Source of the DNA: Podarcis vaucheri
Taxonomy: Eukaryota
Length of the DNA: 64,000 bases
Assembly: GCA_965113315.1 (NCBI GenBank)
Contig: OZ220363.1
Strand: one strand, 5' to 3'
Below the pieces are notes generated by a model. That model had not been told where the DNA came from, made no database searches, and was given only the letters and a program-made list of their open reading frames with translations. Position 1 is the first letter of the stretch, and each line of letters opens with the position of its first letter. This document shows positions 14,197 to 27,702 of this stretch, piece by piece. The translations under genes were made by a program, and so were the position numbers.

Positions 14197-14419
14197 CAGT
14201 GGTACCTCGGGTTACATTCACTTCAGGTTACATATGCTTCAGGTTACAGACTCTGCTAACCCAGAAATAGTGCTTCAGGATAAGAACAGAAATCGTGCTC
14301 CGGCGGCGCGGCGGCAGCAGGAGGCCCCATTAGCTAAAGTGGAGCTTCAGTTTAAGAACAGTTTCAGGTTAAGAACAGACCTCCAGAACGAATTAAGTAC
14401 TTAACCCGAGGTACCGCTG
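14197..14419. mobile_element. Tc1/mariner (pogo/Tigger-like) MITE
   Basis: TIR CAGTGGTACCTCGGGTTA / TAACCCGAGGTACCGCTG with TA TSD; three copies in the window. Confidence 0.9.
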
Positions 14420-14955
14420 TACTGCAAATTCTGGATCCAGCAGATGTCTCTGACCCATTTTACTTCAGCTTTCCCTCGTTCAAAATCTAAGTGACTAGGC
14501 AGCATTTAATATCTGAGATTGTGTAATGCTTTCACTTTGTTTTTCCAGCATCTGAGAAATATTTGTCAGTTTTCGTTCTTTTTCCTCTCTCTCCAAGTCA
14601 TACTCCAATAAAATAAGAAAATACAGATTGCATCATACCCTATTACTCACTGAAGTGCTGGTTTTTCAGTAAATATTATGGTGGAAAAACACATTCCAGA
14701 ACTTAGCACAGAAATGAATTTGGTTGAAATTTCAGCCTCATTCTTCGTGGCAAAACAGTAACACAATAGTCACTGATGTATGCCTTACACACTCAGATCT
14801 GTTGGAAAACTCATCTTCTGTAATAAATACAATGAAGGATCCAGAAAAGTTCACACATTCACACACATCTAAAAGGTTCTTCAACTGCCCAAGGATTAGT
14901 ATTCCTTTGGAACACATTAAAATGTATCCATCTCATTGTGAAAATAAATAATATA

Positions 14956-15197
14956 CAGCAGTACCTCGGGTCACATACACTTCAGGTTACAGACACTTCA
15001 GGGTACAGACTCTACTAACCCAGAAATATTACCTCGGGTTAAGAACTTTGCTTCAGGATGAGAACAGAAATCGTGCTCGGGCGGCACAGAGGCAGCAGGA
15101 GGCCCCATTAGCTAAAGTGGTGCTTCAGGTTAAGAACAGTTTCAGGTTAAGAACGGACCTCCAGAACAAATTAAGTACTTAACCTGAGGTACCACTG
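14956..15197. mobile_element. Tc1/mariner (pogo/Tigger-like) MITE, same family as 14197
   Basis: TIRs, TA TSD and collinear identity with 14197-14419. Confidence 0.9.
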
Positions 15198-15609
15198 TAC
15201 AAAGAAAAGATCATTAAGCTTCTAAGGAATTTTTTTATGTACTCTATGCTACTTTAGAAACAAAATGTAGTAAGGACAGGAGGTGTCAGGTTATCGACCC
15301 TCCGTGGTTTCTCCAGTGAACTACCAAGCTGGGCTGGAACTAGTGGAAAGATGGCATAGGTAAACTGGAAACCTTTCATTAAGCAATTGGTAAGAGGCAA
15401 AAGTGTTGGCTAGTGAGGATTTCTGAACAGGAGAGAGAGGAGAAACTGCAGGTACAGAACTGGAGACAGGAAGCCTGAGTCATGCTTGGCGAGCAACATT
15501 CCAGCTTCCACTTAAGGGCCAGAGCTGGCCTCCTGGAAGGAATATCTTTAGGTGACTTCCATTTTGCACCATTGATGTAGACCTCCCAGTAGCAATATTA
15601 TCTGATAAG

Positions 15610-15885
15610 CTCACAAAATAATAAAATATAGTATTAAAATACAATGAACATAAAAACAGACAAACTTGTAGTATAAGAGTGCCTGCAAGCCAGTTTCATA
15701 GCATAGCTAAAAATACAGAAAAGCCAAGCAGTGGGTTAAAATTAAGACCAGAGATTTGAGAAGGCATGGGTGATTTTTTTTTGATTTTTTTTAGTATTCA
15801 CCTGGCACAGAAATGGGCTTAAATAATGTGTCAGATCTCTGGGGAAGATTTCCAGAACTGGGGTGCCATTCTGAAAAGGCCCTTG
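15610..15885 (-). mobile_element. Old L2 fragment
   Basis: Antisense L2-like GGGGAAGATTTCCAGAACTGGGGTGCCATTCTGAAAAGGCCCT with an A-rich antisense UTR. Confidence 0.45.
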
Positions 15886-16229
15886 CCCTAGTACTGGTTC
15901 TGTGATTGTCTTTGTACTTGCTGTTATTGCCCTGGCTATTTTATTGCTCATTTTTTACAAATGGGGGAAATACACAGTTTTAAAGGTCTGCAAATATAAT
16001 TATAACACAATATTATAGCAAAACTGCAAAAGAATAGCTTGGCATATCATTCACAAAAACACAAGTTCATCTCTAACATTTCTGAATTAGACATTCTCAG
16101 CCAAATACCTGACTCAACTTCCAACTTTTTTACGGCAGCTTCATGCTTTTGCAAACTCTCCATTAAATCACTTAATTCTACCAATTCCAACTGTCCCCAG
16201 GTTTACTTTTAACAAATCCTTCTTACCTG

Positions 16230-16330
16230 ACCTTTAATTGTTTGATGTATTATAGTATTTTAATATTCTTTTGGAAGCCGCCCAGAGTGGCTGGGGAAGC
16301 TCAGCCAGATGGGCGGGGTATAAATAATAA

Positions 16331-16384
<54 letters not shown>

Positions 16385-16385
16385 G
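16230..16385 (+). mobile_element. L2 LINE 3' end with (TTA)n tail
   Basis: GGAAGCCGCCCAGAGTGGCTGGGG..CAGCCAGATGGGCGGGGTATAAATAA + (TTA)n; same family at 58737. Confidence 0.8.
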
Positions 16386-17499
16386 CTTTCTCATGTCTTA
16401 GCAAACAAAATCTGCTTAAGTGTGTACAGGTTCTGTTCTTGTTTCTCCTTTGGGACATGCATCTGGGACATTTTAAACTGAAGAGCAATATAGTGCTTTA
16501 AATATTTATTAATAAATATCTCAACATATTGCTGGCAGTGACTGACTGTGGTTTTCTGGAAGCAATATTATAACGGAAGTCATTCTTCAGATATCACTTG
16601 TAATATATGCAAAAATTAGCTGATTGTTGAATGCTTTCAATAATAAGAAACAAGTGTTTAAAAATATGAGCTGGGAAAGCAAACTGAATTGCTCTCAGCA
16701 GTTTTTCAGGGCATCTCTGGTCCTTTCTTCCCTGTTTTATATTTCTGGCATGGCATCTGCATTATCTTTCTTTCTTAGTGCTCCCAAGCAGACACAGATT
16801 GTTGTGCCAAAGTCCCAGAAGTATCAGATGTGATTGCTATCCAGTCTGAACACCTTTTCATTGTATCAAGGTGTGATGCAAAGGGCATAATTCATGTATT
16901 AAGGATGGGTGCTAGCACAATACCACAAGGTAAATTGATATTGATTCATCTTCTCTGAGCAAACATTTTTCTGACAGTGCAGAGCAAAGCTAGGGAGAGA
17001 TGTGATTCTAAATACAAAGGCTAAAGTTGAACAGATTTGCATTTAAATTAAAAAGTGTTGGTGGTTGAAATCAATAATAATAATCAAGGCATTTAGTTTT
17101 CAAAACAGTATGACATTATGAAATTATTCAAATTCAAAACTGCTGCCCTTAAAGTACATGAAACGACCATAGAGAAGATGCATATTATCAGGATTTTAAA
17201 AATACCACCAGCACCATCTCTCTCTATATATACACACACAGTGCTTTCTTTGTGATGGTACTCACTAGCATGAAATACCATCCTCTCTTTCCACTCATGG
17301 CAGCTAATTTGTGATGGCAACCATAGCATTTTTTACTGGGTACCAGCATCTCATTTTTCCAAAACAAACAAACAAACCTTGAAAATAAACCCAAAAGCAT
17401 ATGCCTGCTTTAACTTGCCCAGTTTAAGTTTTAGCCACCTATTCTAAGTTTGATTTTTGTTTGATAGCTTCTGCTATGGCATCCCTAATTTGTGATAAT

Positions 17500-17990
17500 G
17501 TCAAGGCCTGAGTGAAGTGGTTCGTCTTTAACTCCAAATAAAAATGGACAAAAGATTATGAATGATGGACCTCCAGGGGCAGGGAGTTCCACAGGGTTGG
17601 TGTCAACACAGGACCCACCCAGCATCCTAAGATTTCCTTCTGATGATCTAAGTGGCTGGGCTGCACTGCCCCCCTTTTAAAATGCTAGGAGTAGACTGGA
17701 GTGAAGCCTCATGAAACAGTCCGCTCCTATTGCCCACCCCCCAGCCGCCGTGGATTGGCTGAATTTGAATCTGGGTTCAGCAGGAAAGCAGAACCCACTC
17801 TGACAGCTGTAGGAGCACAGCAACAGCTCAAAGAAAATGGTGCGGCCCCAGGAAGATGGGGAAGCTCCGTGCTGGGTCGCAACCTTTGCCCACCATGGGA
17901 ATAGGTGAGCAGCCATTTTGGCCAAGAGCCATTTAGTGCTTTAAAAGCGAATGACTCCTTAGATGGAGTTTGGAATTGCATAGGCTGAAG
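17500..17990 (-). mobile_element. Old L2 fragment(s)
   Basis: GGCAGGGAGTTCCACAGGGTTGGTG and GCCATTTAGTGCTTTAAAAG are antisense L2 ORF2-like motifs. Confidence 0.4.
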
Positions 17991-20850
17991 TGGAGATGGA
18001 AGAAAATAATATAGTGGTTGCTGCCGCTATATAATTAGGCAGCACCAGTTGCAGCTTCCTAAACATCTTTCAAAAGACTTCAAAAGGCTATAAAGTAGAT
18101 ATGAACCATATAGATTGCCATGCCCTGTCTCCTGCAAGAATACTGTGATTAAATATCCTTGAATATATGATAGCTTGTATCTGTAGAGATAGTTGTTCTA
18201 TTTAAACTTGATTGAAGCAAATGTTTGTGCAACAAAGTCTTGACTGTGCACCCCATGCACTTTAAGTTTAGTGGGGGGAGTGTATCATCAGCTATGGATG
18301 GTCATTCATTAAGCAAGCGCTTTAAAAAACCCCATGTATTTTATACAGGTTGTATGCACATACAAGACAGCAAAACTCAGTAGTGTGTATGCACCTGATT
18401 CACACACACATACCCCCCATAGATACATAGACACATAAATGTATATTGGACTTCCATCTACTTCCTTGAAGGTACAGTTTCATTCATAGAGTAATCTGGA
18501 AAGTTATCAATGTACTGGAGGAGGAATGAAACCATCTGAAAAAGAATGTCAGATCTTCTCAAACAATGCCGGTCTGACACATTTCAGAAAGAGTCTCTGT
18601 AGTTCAGATGCCCCATTTCTACTCTCTTCCACAGTAGATTGTTGAGATACAGCCCCACAGTGGGCCTTCAACCTGAGGTGACCAAGCAGAGATTTCTCTA
18701 ATGCCAAGTACAGTAGATTTTCCTTCTGCATCATATTCCCACTGTCCTGCTCATACAGCTATAACAGCCACAGTGGGTGGCAGCTAAGAGGACATTCCCC
18801 ACACAATGCTTATAATTTTAGGTTTATTTTTTAAAAACTCAGATTCTGGATCTGGACATTACCATTTTCATTTAATTCTCATCCTTTCCAACTTTCCCCT
18901 CTATGCTTTCAATTTGATGAGTTAATTTTGGATTAGGATATGGTGCTAAAAACAAACAAGCCCTGTCAGTCTTCAGTTTAATATTGTATAATCATGTGGG
19001 GGGAATCTTTGGCTGTCCTGATGTTGCTTCCTTCACACCTGGCCGTTGATCATGCTTGCTGGGACCAGTGGAAGTTGTCATTCAGCAACTTCTGGAGGGC
19101 CAAAAAAGTTCCCCCACACCTGATATAAAACTATAGAGGTGTACTTTCTAATCCTCTATTTCTATTCCTGTTGAATATATTACAGGCTAAGTAGAGAGCT
19201 CTTTGGAACCCCCATCTGTTACATCATCCAGCTTGCTGTGGGAACTGTGGATTGCCAGGAAGTAATCAACATGCATTGTGTCCATTACTTTCTTCCAGTA
19301 CTATAAGCCCAGGTGTGTTTCAATTAACTAATCATTGTACAGTAGGGCCATTTGGGGTTGGATTCCAACTTAGTCATGAAATCAATGGTCCTTAAAGTAG
19401 TTGTTATGTACTTAAACTCTTTGATTTCAGTGGAATATCATACACGACTAAGGCTGCAATCCATATTCTACCTACCTGGGACTAAGCCCCACTGAATCCA
19501 AAAAGATTTCTGAATCTGGATCCTGCTTATATTATTTTCTGATTTAACTGCACACCAGAACTCAAACTGCAAATTTAGGCAGAACTGGCCAGTTTCACTC
19601 CTCCTTCTTTTAATTTTTCATACACTATTGAGTTGACTTTGCTGATTTTTTAAAAAGCCATTATATTTTATCGGTGATAAAGCAACAAAGGTTTTACAAA
19701 ATGTGTTCCACATAATCATCTGGTTTAGCAACAGTAGCTACAAAAATTTAGACAAACCTGTGATGTAAAATGGAAAATGAAACTTGTGAAACATGCTCTC
19801 AAGTATTATATCAAATGCTTGAACATGCTCTTAATTGGCAGAGCTTTAATGCCATTAGGAGTTATGCATATGCTTCAGCTACTTTTTATGCAGAGGAGAA
19901 CAAATATCAATATCCATCTGTCAAGTAAGTGGAGCCCATATGGTACCACAAGAGCTTCATATAAGTCAGGTATGGCTTATATGAATCAACTTGCTGTTGC
20001 CAGCTATTGCATGATAAGCAGGTTGAGGGATTTGTTCACTCTGAAGTAGTTCCTTTATAGAATACCCAATACGACAAAACTTTACTTGAGTTTTGATCCA
20101 GATAATAAGCTTGAAAAGTAAGACCTTTTCTACATCTCAGAAGTAAGCAGACCCCTTGAATAGAAACAAGTGAATTCAGTAAGAGGAATACTTTAATTGG
20201 ATCAAATGACTGGATCAAGTCTACTGAAATTTGCATGGAAATAACTCAGTACTACAGTACACTTATACAGATCTACTCAGAGAGTTTGGTTGGGCAGAAA
20301 CTAAAATGTTTGCTTGTTTGCTTCTTACTTAGTTGGTCCAATAAATGGTGGCATGCTACCTTCTTTGGATTGTTAATGACTTTTTCTGAGAGATCCTCAA
20401 ACATAGGTTTTATGGGTGTGAAGTCAGGATAAATATGGATAAGGAAATTCAGAAACTTATTTCTGACTTATAGACTACCTCTCTAAAAAAGAAATTGGAT
20501 AACTTGTTAAAGGGTCACAAAGATTGGCAGGTGTGTGTGGGTATTCATACCAAGTTCCACAAATTGGAATTTGGGGGCATTTGAAATACAAGATTAATCT
20601 TCAAAAAGCAATGTCCGAATGCATTAGTCTTATATACTTTAATCTATGACACTGGAATGAAATGGAATGAGTGTACCTCTGACTATTTAAACAATAATGT
20701 TCAAGGATGGGAGATGAAGAGCTCTTGCTGGATGAACATAGCAAACAGTGGGTCAGATAGCAAATATCTGAAGATATTTGGGGTAGCTTTTGGCAGTACA
20801 GCCACTTGTATACAACTTTTTAGATGCCACTTATACATGGCATTGGCCCT

Positions 20851-20911
20851 CTTTTACATTACACATATATGGAAGTTAACCTTGGTCTTTAGTACCATGG
20901 ATGCTCTCCCA
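20851..20911 (+). repeat. ~60-bp direct repeat, copy 1
   Basis: Matches 22602-22663 with about 6 substitutions and 1 indel. Confidence 0.85.
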
Positions 20912-21369
20912 TAAATTTCAGAAGCCTGATTTTCCAGAATCCCAATATGTGAAGGGAATTACTACGAATGGACAAGGTTCCAACTTCAGACAGTTGCCTT
21001 CTGTGCGTTGGCAAGCAACCAAAACAGGGACAGGGGGCACAGACGAAGTATACTTGTTTCCACTTTCCACCATCACATGCTCACTTTCTCATGAGTATAC
21101 TGCCTGACTTTTCTAAGAATGTATAAAATGTTCTACATTCAAAAATACATGAGCAGTGTACACATATAGAATATAGCAAGGGAAAGTACCGCAGGATGGT
21201 TAAGTTCAGTCAAAGGTGACTATGGGGTACAGGACTCACTACACTTTTCAGGCCGAGAGGGCCAGCATTTGTCCACAGACAGCTCTCCATGTCATGTGGC
21301 CAGAATGACTAAACAGCTACTGGCGCATGGAGGACCATAACGAGTGCCAGAGTGCACAGAAATACTGTT

Positions 21370-21655
21370 TAGTTTAGTTTAGTGCCACATGCACTGGTAT
21401 ATAGAATATATATAGAATTATATTTAGAATATAAAACACAGTGCAAATAATAAAAACAGTGTTTAGAACACTGAGATTACAAAGCCACACACAATAATTA
21501 AATACTGCAGGGGGGGGATGAGCTAATTCAAGAAGGCTTGGGTGGGAGGGGAGAAAAGCTTTCAATAATGGATTGAAAACATAACAATATGGGGGCTTGC
21601 TTCATTTCTAGAAGAGAATTCCGAAGAACTGGTGCAAACAATGGTAAATTCATGT
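21370..21655 (-). mobile_element. Old L2 fragment
   Basis: A-rich antisense 3' UTR then AAGGCTTGG..GAGAATTCCGAAGAACTGGTGC. Confidence 0.4.
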
Positions 21656-22601
21656 GCTCTATTGCAGATCAGCAATATGGTTCAGAGGGGTTCAAGGCTC
21701 TTCAGGAAGGCTGGCTCCAACCATGTGCTTTATATAAGCACCGTGTAGTGAATGTTTCCACATATTTTATTGTGTGTTCAGTGCAAGAGCCATCCAGTGA
21801 TCAAAACTTTCAGGCCCATCATGGAATCAAAATAATGCTCAACATGGTGGCACTCGGGGCCAGTTCTTTATTCTTTTCAACATGTGTTGGGGTGGGGGGA
21901 TATGCATGGAAGTAAATGGAGAAATACGCTTAGTAAATTGTGACCTAGTGAAGACTCCTTCATTTCATGATTCTCTGTATGCATATCCATTAGACTGATG
22001 GGCTGGCAAACACACAGCATCATGTAACTGGTCCTTAATTCTAATATTTTTTCCTTCTACTAAAAAAGGGTTTTTCTAAGCCATCATTATTTTCTTCTTC
22101 AGAGAGCAGATTTAGTCTTTCAGAACCACATCTGCAGTCTTGGGGGCCAAAATGGCAAGGGCTATTAATTGTGCTGGAGGACATAAATTAATCATCTGCT
22201 GGAGTCTAGAAGAATTTTCCCTGTGTAGTATTTTTGTGTGTGGTTTGCAAGCTTCTTCAGGATTTTCCTCTTTGCTTTTCTCTGAAGCATATGGTGCAAG
22301 TCTCTGCCAAATGCAGGATTTTGTGTAACATGGAATCCACTTTAGGAAGGCAATTGCTATGTTGAAATAGGATGATGGGCATCGGGCAGCCCTTAATCTG
22401 TTTCCATTGCAAAAACACAGAGGTAGCAGCAGATGCTGCCATGGCTAAAATGAGATTCCATGTCTTGCAAGTAGACAGGGTCACCCAACTCTGCCCCACT
22501 TATCAGGCAACTGTCCCAGGTAATTAAAAAAGGTTTTGTGTTTTGTGTTTGTTTGTTTTTTTAAATGCTTTCACAGTTATAATGTTGCAAGGAAAATCCA
22601 T

Positions 22602-22663
22602 CTTTTGACATTATATATATGTGGAAGTTAACCTTGGCCTTTGGTATCATGGATGCTCTCCCA
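22602..22663 (+). repeat. ~60-bp direct repeat, copy 2
   Basis: Matches 20851-20911. Confidence 0.85.
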
Positions 22664-22996
22664 GTCATGTTTTTGCCAGCTGCCTGCATCTCTGTTAAAC
22701 TGAACCTTTTAAGAGACAGAGGTGTAATCTAGACACATATAAAAAAACGTTGTGAAAATGCTTTTTAAAAAAGTTTTTTAAAATGTATTGAATTTGCCAT
22801 AAGCTCACAATAGCCATCTAGTGTCACAGTTGTATAATGCACTTAAACGTTATATTTGCAGCTGTATAGCTGACTCCAGAGACTCCAAGTTACCAAGAGT
22901 GACCAAGGCAGGAATCAAGAGGTAAAGCTTTTCCCAGCATGATATTTCCATGCTGCACCTGCTGAACTTCTGCCTCTGATATCGCTGCCAGGTGCG

Positions 22997-23018
22997 CTCC
23001 CTCCCTCCCTCCCTCCCT

Positions 23019-23072
<54 letters not shown>
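22997..23072. repeat. Compound (CCCT)n(CT)n(CA)n microsatellite
   Basis: Directly visible. Confidence 0.95.
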
Positions 23073-24350
23073 TATACTTACTCACCATCCTTCTCCAAGC
23101 CTGCCTAAACTAATTGTCAAAAGCTGATCAGATTTGCTTGCTATGTCGTTAATAGTGCGAGTGCCATTTAGGGACAGCAATCCTCCCTCCTCTCACGTCT
23201 CGAGCCGCAAGCGATTATTCCGTCCAGCCAGTGCTACACACTGAGAGACCATTATTAAAAGCAATTAAATGGAGCCATGTGCGAGGTGTGCATGTCAAAG
23301 GGATAAACCCCGGTGCTTGAAACATGTTGCTATAGCTATAATAGGCATAACAAAGTAGAGGCTCACAAAATAATATGCACCTTTTTTCTATTTTAACTTT
23401 AAATGTAATCTTGCCCCTCGCTGAAATCCGAAATGGCATCATTGCTGCATTGTTGTTGTTTTTTTTTAAAAAAAGAACAGATATACACACGTGTATGAAA
23501 TGTACATGTGTGATGCATGAACTAACAAAGAAAGAAATTGAGCAGGCTGGTTTAAGACACTTTTCATTGCTGACATGACCTCAAGCTCTTTTCCTCTCTC
23601 TCTAACCAGAGGGAAAGTTGCTGTTTTATTATAATGATCTATAGACTTCTCCCTCTGCCTTTGCACTCAGGGTTTGTTTCATGTTCCCAATACTTCATTC
23701 ATAAAGAGTTCTTCTGAGAGGGCTGCAAGCTTTAGCAAACATGTCCCTTTTGGGTAGTCTTCCCTGCCTGACTTTGCTGCAGTGGACTAGAATTGCAGAA
23801 GAATGAACTGTCAGCAGCCACTGATTTATAAGAGTGATTTACCTTCTGGAGAGTGTAATTATGTTCATAGTTAAGAATTAATCAGGTGAGAGAATTATGG
23901 AATAATCACACTCCTGACTTTGGAAGGACAAAGTAAAGGGAGACCGTTTCAGCACCAGAGGGCCCACTCCCTAGACAGGTTGTGCCTTGCTCTTGAATGC
24001 ATACAGGAGGACAGTTTTCTATAGGCTGAAGACTATCATCTTCATTTTCAAAGAGAGAAAATGGTTGTGAAGGAGCAGGTGAGAAAGGACAGTTTGCAGA
24101 AGCATAGCTGTCAACATTTCCCTTTTTTTAAGGGAAAGTCCCTTATTCTGAATAGGATTCCTCGCAAGAAAAGGGAAAAGTTGAGAGCTCTGTGCAGAAG
24201 TAATAAATAAATTAAAAAATAAATAAAGCCATATTTTGTTAGCCAATTTTGGCATCTTGAACAGAGGAAAATCTGGATGTTTCTAATAAGTAATTATTGT
24301 AATGAGTAAGTATTCTAACAAGTAATTATAAGTATTCTAATAAGTAATTA

Positions 24351-24493
24351 TGGTTGGATAGTGTTCTCAAAGCTACAAACATGAGTCTGACCAAACTGCG
24401 GGAGGCGGTGAAAGACAGGAGTGCCTGGCGTGCTCTGGTCCATGGGGTCACGAAGAGTCGGACACGACTAAACGACTAAACAACAGACAACAA
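24351..24493 (+). mobile_element. BovB (RTE) LINE, 5'-truncated 3' end
   Basis: Encodes WLDSVLKATNMSLTKLREAV..; GGGGTCACGAAGAGTCGGACACGACTAAACGACTAAACAAC tail; AATAAGTAAT on both flanks. Confidence 0.9.
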
Positions 24494-24669
24494 TAAGTAA
24501 TAGGGGAAGTGTTCAGTTCTTATTTAATATAAGACAGGGTTAACACACTTTGTAAGCCAGAACAAGTGGTTATTCATTGATAAATGAGTTCACATGCAAC
24601 TAGATAGGAAAGTGAAAGTAACCACAAGAAACCTCAATTTCTGGGGCTAATGGTTAATGTTATACCACA

Positions 24670-24845
24670 GGAAGGACTGTCATTCAGTGGTAAAGCACAT
24701 GTTGGGTAAGCAAAGGGTACCAGGTTCAATTCTCCACATCTTCAGGTATGGCTGGGAGAGAACCCTGCCTGAAACCTTGGAGAGCCACAACCAGTTAATT
24801 GTCCAGTGGTTTGATTCAATATGAAGCAGCTTCTTTTGTTCCTAA
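24670..24845 (+). mobile_element. Old tRNA-derived SINE with CR1-type tail
   Basis: Decayed box A/B (TCAGTGGTAAAGCAC..GGTTCAATTC); related copy at 62413. Confidence 0.6.
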
Positions 24846-27207
24846 GCGTTTGAGATACATTCTTTGCTGAGGCTATGGGTGTTTCCAATTAAAATAAAGC
24901 GACTGAAGCTGCTCATCATCAAAGTACCCCCTCTCTCCTTGTTGCCATATTGATTAGACTGATGCCGATCATAGTTAGGTAATAGGTCTTTTAACTTGCA
25001 GGAAGACCCATTACAAGGCTTCCATTTTGGTTTATCGGCATCTTAATTCCCAGAGTGTAGGTGGTAATGAAAAACAGGATAATGTTTGTATGACAATGAT
25101 GATGCCACTTTCCTCACAAAAATGACCTGAAGCAATTTACCAAAAAAACAAACAAAAACAAAACAGCACCAAGTAGAGCAACCAATAAAAAACTAACCTA
25201 ACCTAACTTAATGTAGAGCAGGTCTAGGTGTTTTGTGGCTCTCCAACTCCCTGAAAGTCCAGGCAGCAGGGCTGATAGTCAGGGATGATAAGAGTTGTAG
25301 GCCAGCAACACCTGGAGGCCAGCAGGTTCCTCTGCTTTAGCAAGTGATCTAGGATTGAAGCTCACCTTCAAGGTGCATTGAGCCATTCCATTCCCAGCCT
25401 GTGCTGCAGCAACCCTGGGGTCTCCCTTTGCAGCTGAGGCTCTGTGATCCAAAGGGTGTGGTCTGAAGGCAAATGAAACCAGCACCTAGCTAAAGTTAAA
25501 TGAGGACCTGGGTCTGGTCAGTTTATGGGTGGGAGACCACCTGCAACTACCTGTACGGTTCCATAATGGAAGAAAGGCAGGATAACAATGTAAGCAAATG
25601 AGTAAACAAACCCAGTCTGTCCCTCTGTTGGATTTGAAATCGCTTTTATATGTGGAATTGTTTTTATTTATTTTTTTATTCCTGAGTCCCCCCCTCCCCA
25701 TGAAATCACTTCAAGATGTTTTATGGGAAGTGATTCATAAATTGGATCAAATATATAATGGCCCTAATGACCCTGTCTCTGATAATATCCCTTCTGAGAC
25801 AGGCTTTAGGAGAGCAAGGAATTTGACACTAATATTACTAATGTTAAAGTCCTTATTATTGATCAGGACTGCTTGTTTGATTCTCAGATTAAGCCTTGTT
25901 TGATTAATCAGATTAATTAAACCTATCAGATTAATCTGCATTCATTAATCTAAGCAGATTCTGGCACAGGAAATAATCACTTCATTCACCCTCCCTACAC
26001 TTGTACAGTCATAGCAAATATAATGTGAGATCGAATTTTGCTGATGGAACTCTTACACCGCAGTGGGAAACAAGGATCCGTCCCTAAGTCTAGGGAAATA
26101 CATTGCTTTTTTCTGGCACACCATGAGTTTTAACTTTTTACCGATATCCTTATCTGTTTCCGTGTGGGACATGCATTATGTACTAAATCCCATTTAATTT
26201 TAAACTGTGTCTAGCCTTCAGCAGTTTTGCATAGTTATGAATTTTATGTAACTGCAACAGATATTCTGTTTTTCATATATTCCCGTCAGCAAATCTAATG
26301 GGTGAAGCTTCTGTGTACTGCAGCCAGTCGCAAGATTTGTAATGGAGAAATGAAAAGGCACATGACTGGCACACAAATTTTGCTAGCTAACTGAAAATCT
26401 GAAAAGACAAGGAGGTATTCACCGAGAAGAGAAGAGGTTTGCAGTTTCTTGATTGCTTCTTGTAAATTACTAGGTGATGAAGGTCAATAGTCACTGTCAT
26501 TAATAAGGGAACTTGGTTGGTTGCTGAGCTGGGAGTTAGGGAACAGCAAAAGCAGAACCTTCTTTGCTTAATTAATTTTTATTGGTAAGCCACTATTCAG
26601 CTCATATACTTAGTATTACCTTTTCCTCTCCCCCCCCCCCAAGAGCTGTGATCCAAGGCTACACAATCATGATAGAATAACCCCTCCAAAACCCCTCCAA
26701 AATGACTAACTCATGGATCATAATTGACTGAAGTAGGAGGTCTCCAAACATCACACAATTCGGCCCAGAAGCTAAATTACTCCAGGAATATCATACACAA
26801 TCTCTCTATTCCAGCAACCTTTACATCTTCCAGGCAGTATACATTCTGAATATTTGGAGGGGATTGTGCCCAGAGGCCCCACCCACTCTCAGCAGCTGTA
26901 GAGTCCATGCAATCCACAATCCTAAGCAATCAGGGTTGATACCCACATGGGGGACCTACGTACGCACACAGAACCTCTTTCAGGACCTCAGCTGAATAGC
27001 AGAGGTTGTGGGTGGTGCTACTAGGCATGAGCCCACTGTCCCTCTGCATATTTAGTCTACATGTGGTGGGAGGCAATAAAGGGGCTTCTCATTCCCATTC
27101 TCACTGGCCAGGTTTCTATCTGTACCAGTGGCAGTTCAGCCATCCACCAGCCTTGCTTACCATTTTGCTGGGTGCAATCAAAGGAAAGGCTGAACGGGGG
27201 TTCATTA

Positions 27208-27461
27208 AAGAAGAAGAAGAAGAGTTTGGATTTGATATCCTGCTTTATCAGTACCCGAAGGAGTCTCAAAGTGGCTCACAATCTCCTTTCCCTTCCTCCC
27301 CCACAACAGACACCCTGTGAGGTGAGTGGGGCTGAGAGACTTCAAAGAAGTGTGCCTAGCCCAAGGTCACCCAGCAGCTGCATGTGGAGGAGTGGGGACG
27401 CGAACCCGGTTCACCAGATTACGAGTCTACCACTCCTAACCACTACACCACACTGGCTCTC
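27208..27461 (-). mobile_element. Squam3-type SINE
   Basis: Reverse complement of the 11263/31857 family; (GAA)n tail on the plus strand. Confidence 0.9.
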
Positions 27462-27504
27462 AGTATAGTATATGATGGGGAGCTATGGTTAATAATCCCC
27501 AGAA

Positions 27505-27702
27505 CAGAGCTTTCCAAACTCTGTGTCTCGACACATTACTGTGTCGCCTGCAGGGTGTAGGTGTGTCGTGTGAATGCCCCCTGCGCTACACCCAGAGCTG
27601 GGAAGGGGTTAGTTTAACCTCTGGTTTGCTAATAAAACTGTGTCGTGAAATGATGCATGTCTAAAACGTGTGTCCCCAACATGAAACGTTTGGAAAGCTC
27701 TG
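27505..27702. mobile_element. hAT MITE
   Basis: 15-bp TIR CAGAGCTTTCCAAAC / GTTTGGAAAGCTCTG; degenerate 8-bp TSD CCCCAGAA/CCCATGAA; repeated TGTGTC subterminal motifs. Confidence 0.85.

Noticed and set aside
16234-16488. Poly-Ile / poly-Leu ORFs
   Set aside because: Translation of the (TTA)n tail of an L2 fragment
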